Of a stretch of DNA of 8,743 nucleotides, positions 6,700-8,743 are shown piece by piece. The notes under the pieces were generated by a model, which ran no database searches, had not been told where the DNA came from, and saw only the letters and a program-made list of their open reading frames with translations. A program made the position numbers and the translations under genes. This DNA comes from Octopus sinensis. Taxonomy: Eukaryota. The DNA lies in contig NW_021828346.1 in assembly GCF_006345805.1 (NCBI RefSeq), forward strand, positions 1-8,743. Reading direction: 5' to 3'. Within the stretch, counting starts at the first letter, position 1; each line of letters begins with the position of its first letter.

Positions 6700-6908
6700 C
6701 GCATACCCCCACATGCGCCCTACACCCACACACCACACACACACACCAACATGCATGCGTATGTGTGTGCAAATACATATAAATATGTACATTTACACAC
6801 ACATATATATATATACATATATATATACACACACACATCTCTCTTTATCTCCTTATATATATGTGTATACACATATATCTCTGTGTGCATGTATGTATGT
6901 ATTTATCT

Positions 6909-6941
<33 letters not shown>

Positions 6942-6942
6942 A

Positions 6943-6986
<44 letters not shown>

Positions 6987-7150
6987 ATAAACGTATATAT
7001 ATATATATATTATATATCAAGAACAATCTTACTTAGAAATGGATGCGTGCGTTCCGTCATATAATATATTAATAAATAAAACATATGCATATATATATAT
7101 ATATATACATATATGTACGTACCTACCTCTACATGTATATATACATGCAT
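6700..7150. repeat. Compound microsatellite cluster: (CA)n, (TA)n, (CT)n at ~6906-6948, (TA)n at ~6949-7017 and ~7081-7150
   Basis: Read directly; a short non-repetitive gap lies at ~7018-7080. Confidence 0.92.
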
Positions 7151-7154
7151 ATAT

Positions 7155-7324
7155 GGGTACAGGACACCAAAAAAACGTCGAACACAACGAGAAACGAAAA
7201 CATATCACAAAAACAAGGAACTGGACATTTTTCTTAAACAACAAAAATATAGAGTACAGGACAAATAACACAAGGAAAATTCCCCTTCTTCAGTCGCCAT
7301 GGTTTCATCTACTCTGCGTAGATG
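7155..7324 (-). mobile_element. Possible Penelope-like terminal-repeat relic (second type)
   Basis: The minus strand reads hairpin-GAAA-CCATGG-CGA-CTGAAGA-AGGGGAATTTTCCTT followed by a long T-rich tail. This layout resembles 404-590. The family assignment is inference. Confidence 0.25.
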
Positions 7325-7350
7325 TGTGTGTGTGTGTGTGTGTGTGTGTG
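7323..7350. repeat. (TG)14 microsatellite
   Basis: Read directly from the sequence. Confidence 0.97.
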
Positions 7351-7737
7351 TTCTTTTATTTTCTTATTCTTTTACTTGTTTCACTCATTTGACTGCAGCC
7401 ATGCTGGAGCACCGCCTTTAGCCGAACAAATCAACCCCAGGACTTATTCTTTGTAAACCTAGTACGTCCCGGGTACGTGAACACACCAACATCGGTTATC
7501 AAGCGACGGTGGGGGGACAAACACAGACACACACGCAGAGACAGACAGACACACTCACACACACACATTTATATATACGACGGGCTTCTTTCAGTTTCCG
7601 TCTACCATTCACAAGGCTTTGTTCGGCCCGAGGCTACAGTAGAAGACACTTGCTCAAGGTGTTACGCAGTGGGACTGAACCCGGAACCATGGGAGGGGGG
7701 GTAAGCAAGCTTCTTACTACACAGTGACGCCTGTGAC
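7351..7737 (-). mobile_element. SINE family A, near-full-length copy with internal deletions
   Basis: It is the reverse complement of 4315-4700 from the tail (TCTTTTACTTGTTTCACTCATTTGACTGCAGCCATGCTGGAGCACCGCC) to the head (GCAGTGGGACTGAACCCGGAACCATG). About 35 bp is missing near 7465. Confidence 0.93.
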
Positions 7738-7740
7738 TAT

Positions 7741-7809
<69 letters not shown>

Positions 7810-7938
7810 ATGCATGTATATAAATATATACATACATACGTGTATGCAAAACGTAAACTATTACACGCACACACACACACACACACATGCACACACACAC
7901 ACACACACATGCACACACACACCACACACATGCACACA
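7738..7938. repeat. Compound (TA)n/(TG)n/(CA)n microsatellites
   Basis: Read directly from the sequence. Confidence 0.95.
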
Positions 7939-8070
7939 GAATGAGTTGAGGAGAATATACATTTTGTGAACAAATAATCCCCTAATTAAGCGCGCTCTGC
8001 AAGGAGAACATGTAGTTAAATATCGGCCACCCGCCTTAATGTAGTGGGTCCAAATTAGTGTGATGTTCTA

Positions 8071-8199
8071 GGTTTGTCTTTGTGGTTAAGACTTTCATTT
8101 TGCGACCAAGTGGTTGCGGGTTCAATCCTACAACGTGGCACGTTATGCAAATGTCTTCTATTCTATAACTCCCGAGCCGACGATTACCTTTTTGTTAGT
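8071..8199 (+). mobile_element. Old SINE A-related head fragment
   Basis: TGTGGTTAAG...GTGGTTGCGGGTTCAATCCTACAACGTGGCACGTTATGCAAATGTCTTCTA aligns to 4330-4410. Confidence 0.75.
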
Positions 8200-8537
8200 G
8201 GGTATTTTGCTCTGGTTAAGTTTAGAATTATTTGTTTGTCTATGTGTGTGAATGTGAGTGAGTTTGTGTGTGTGTGTGTGTGTGTTTTGTTGGAGGGGGT
8301 ATATATAGCTATTTGCTCTTTTTTTGTTGCTTTATTATTGTTATTGGCTGTGATTATTCACATTGAAATCATCTGTTACGTTAAAGAGAGTCAAGAATTT
8401 ACAGGTTCAAAACGAAAAGAGGGCAAAATTTATTATCAAAAACTTGTTGGCTCTGATTTCCTGTGTCAGGGGTTCGTCAAATAATCGTTTGAATATTTCT
8501 TGAACTAAGTGAAATTTTAAGACAAAATGAACCACTT

Positions 8538-8545
8538 CACACACA

Positions 8546-8606
<61 letters not shown>

Positions 8607-8608
8607 AC
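8538..8608. repeat. (CA)n microsatellite
   Basis: Read directly from the sequence. Confidence 0.98.
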
Positions 8609-8656
8609 TTACGGCTCTAAGGAATTTGTTACTCTTATTTCTAGCAATGTAGGCGC

Positions 8657-8743
8657 TAGAGTAGTAAAGAATATTCATGAACATATAATCAAACGACTTA
8701 GGCCAGTTAAACACGAACCAGCAGTCATTTGATTCGCGTAGAT
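8657..8743 (+). repeat. Direct repeat, copy 2 (87 bp, runs to the window end)
   Basis: 86/87 identical to 6401-6487; the offset is 2,256 bp. Confidence 0.97.

Noticed and set aside
8467-8482. CAGGGGTTCGTCAAA resembling a hAT/Charlie terminal repeat
   Set aside because: There is no matching inverted partner or 8-bp TSD in the window.

Overview
This is non-coding, repeat-dense eukaryotic DNA with no supportable intact protein-coding gene; most ORFs in the track are translations of (TA)n, (CA)n or (TACA)n microsatellites. The repeat families and microsatellite density resemble Octopus (coleoid cephalopod) intronic or intergenic DNA; that assignment is from recall and was not checked. Contents: (1) at least six copies or fragments of one tRNA-headed SINE, here called family A, on both strands; (2) a second tRNA-headed SINE, family B, at 5470-6419, expanded into a head-to-tail 5-unit array of 181-184 bp units and enclosed by one 12-bp target-site duplication; (3) a 427-bp inverted repeat at 2037-2463 with ~206-bp arms and a 14-nt spacer; (4) a decayed pogo/Tigger-like transposase C-terminus at 760-1250; (5) an 86/87-identical direct repeat, 6401-6487 versus 8657-8743, running off the window end; (6) degenerate hammerhead-like motifs that may be Penelope-type relics. 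No clearly new biological system is demonstrable. The best leads are the TSD-bounded SINE multimer, the long fold-back, the 2,256-bp-spaced duplication and the ribozyme-like relics.
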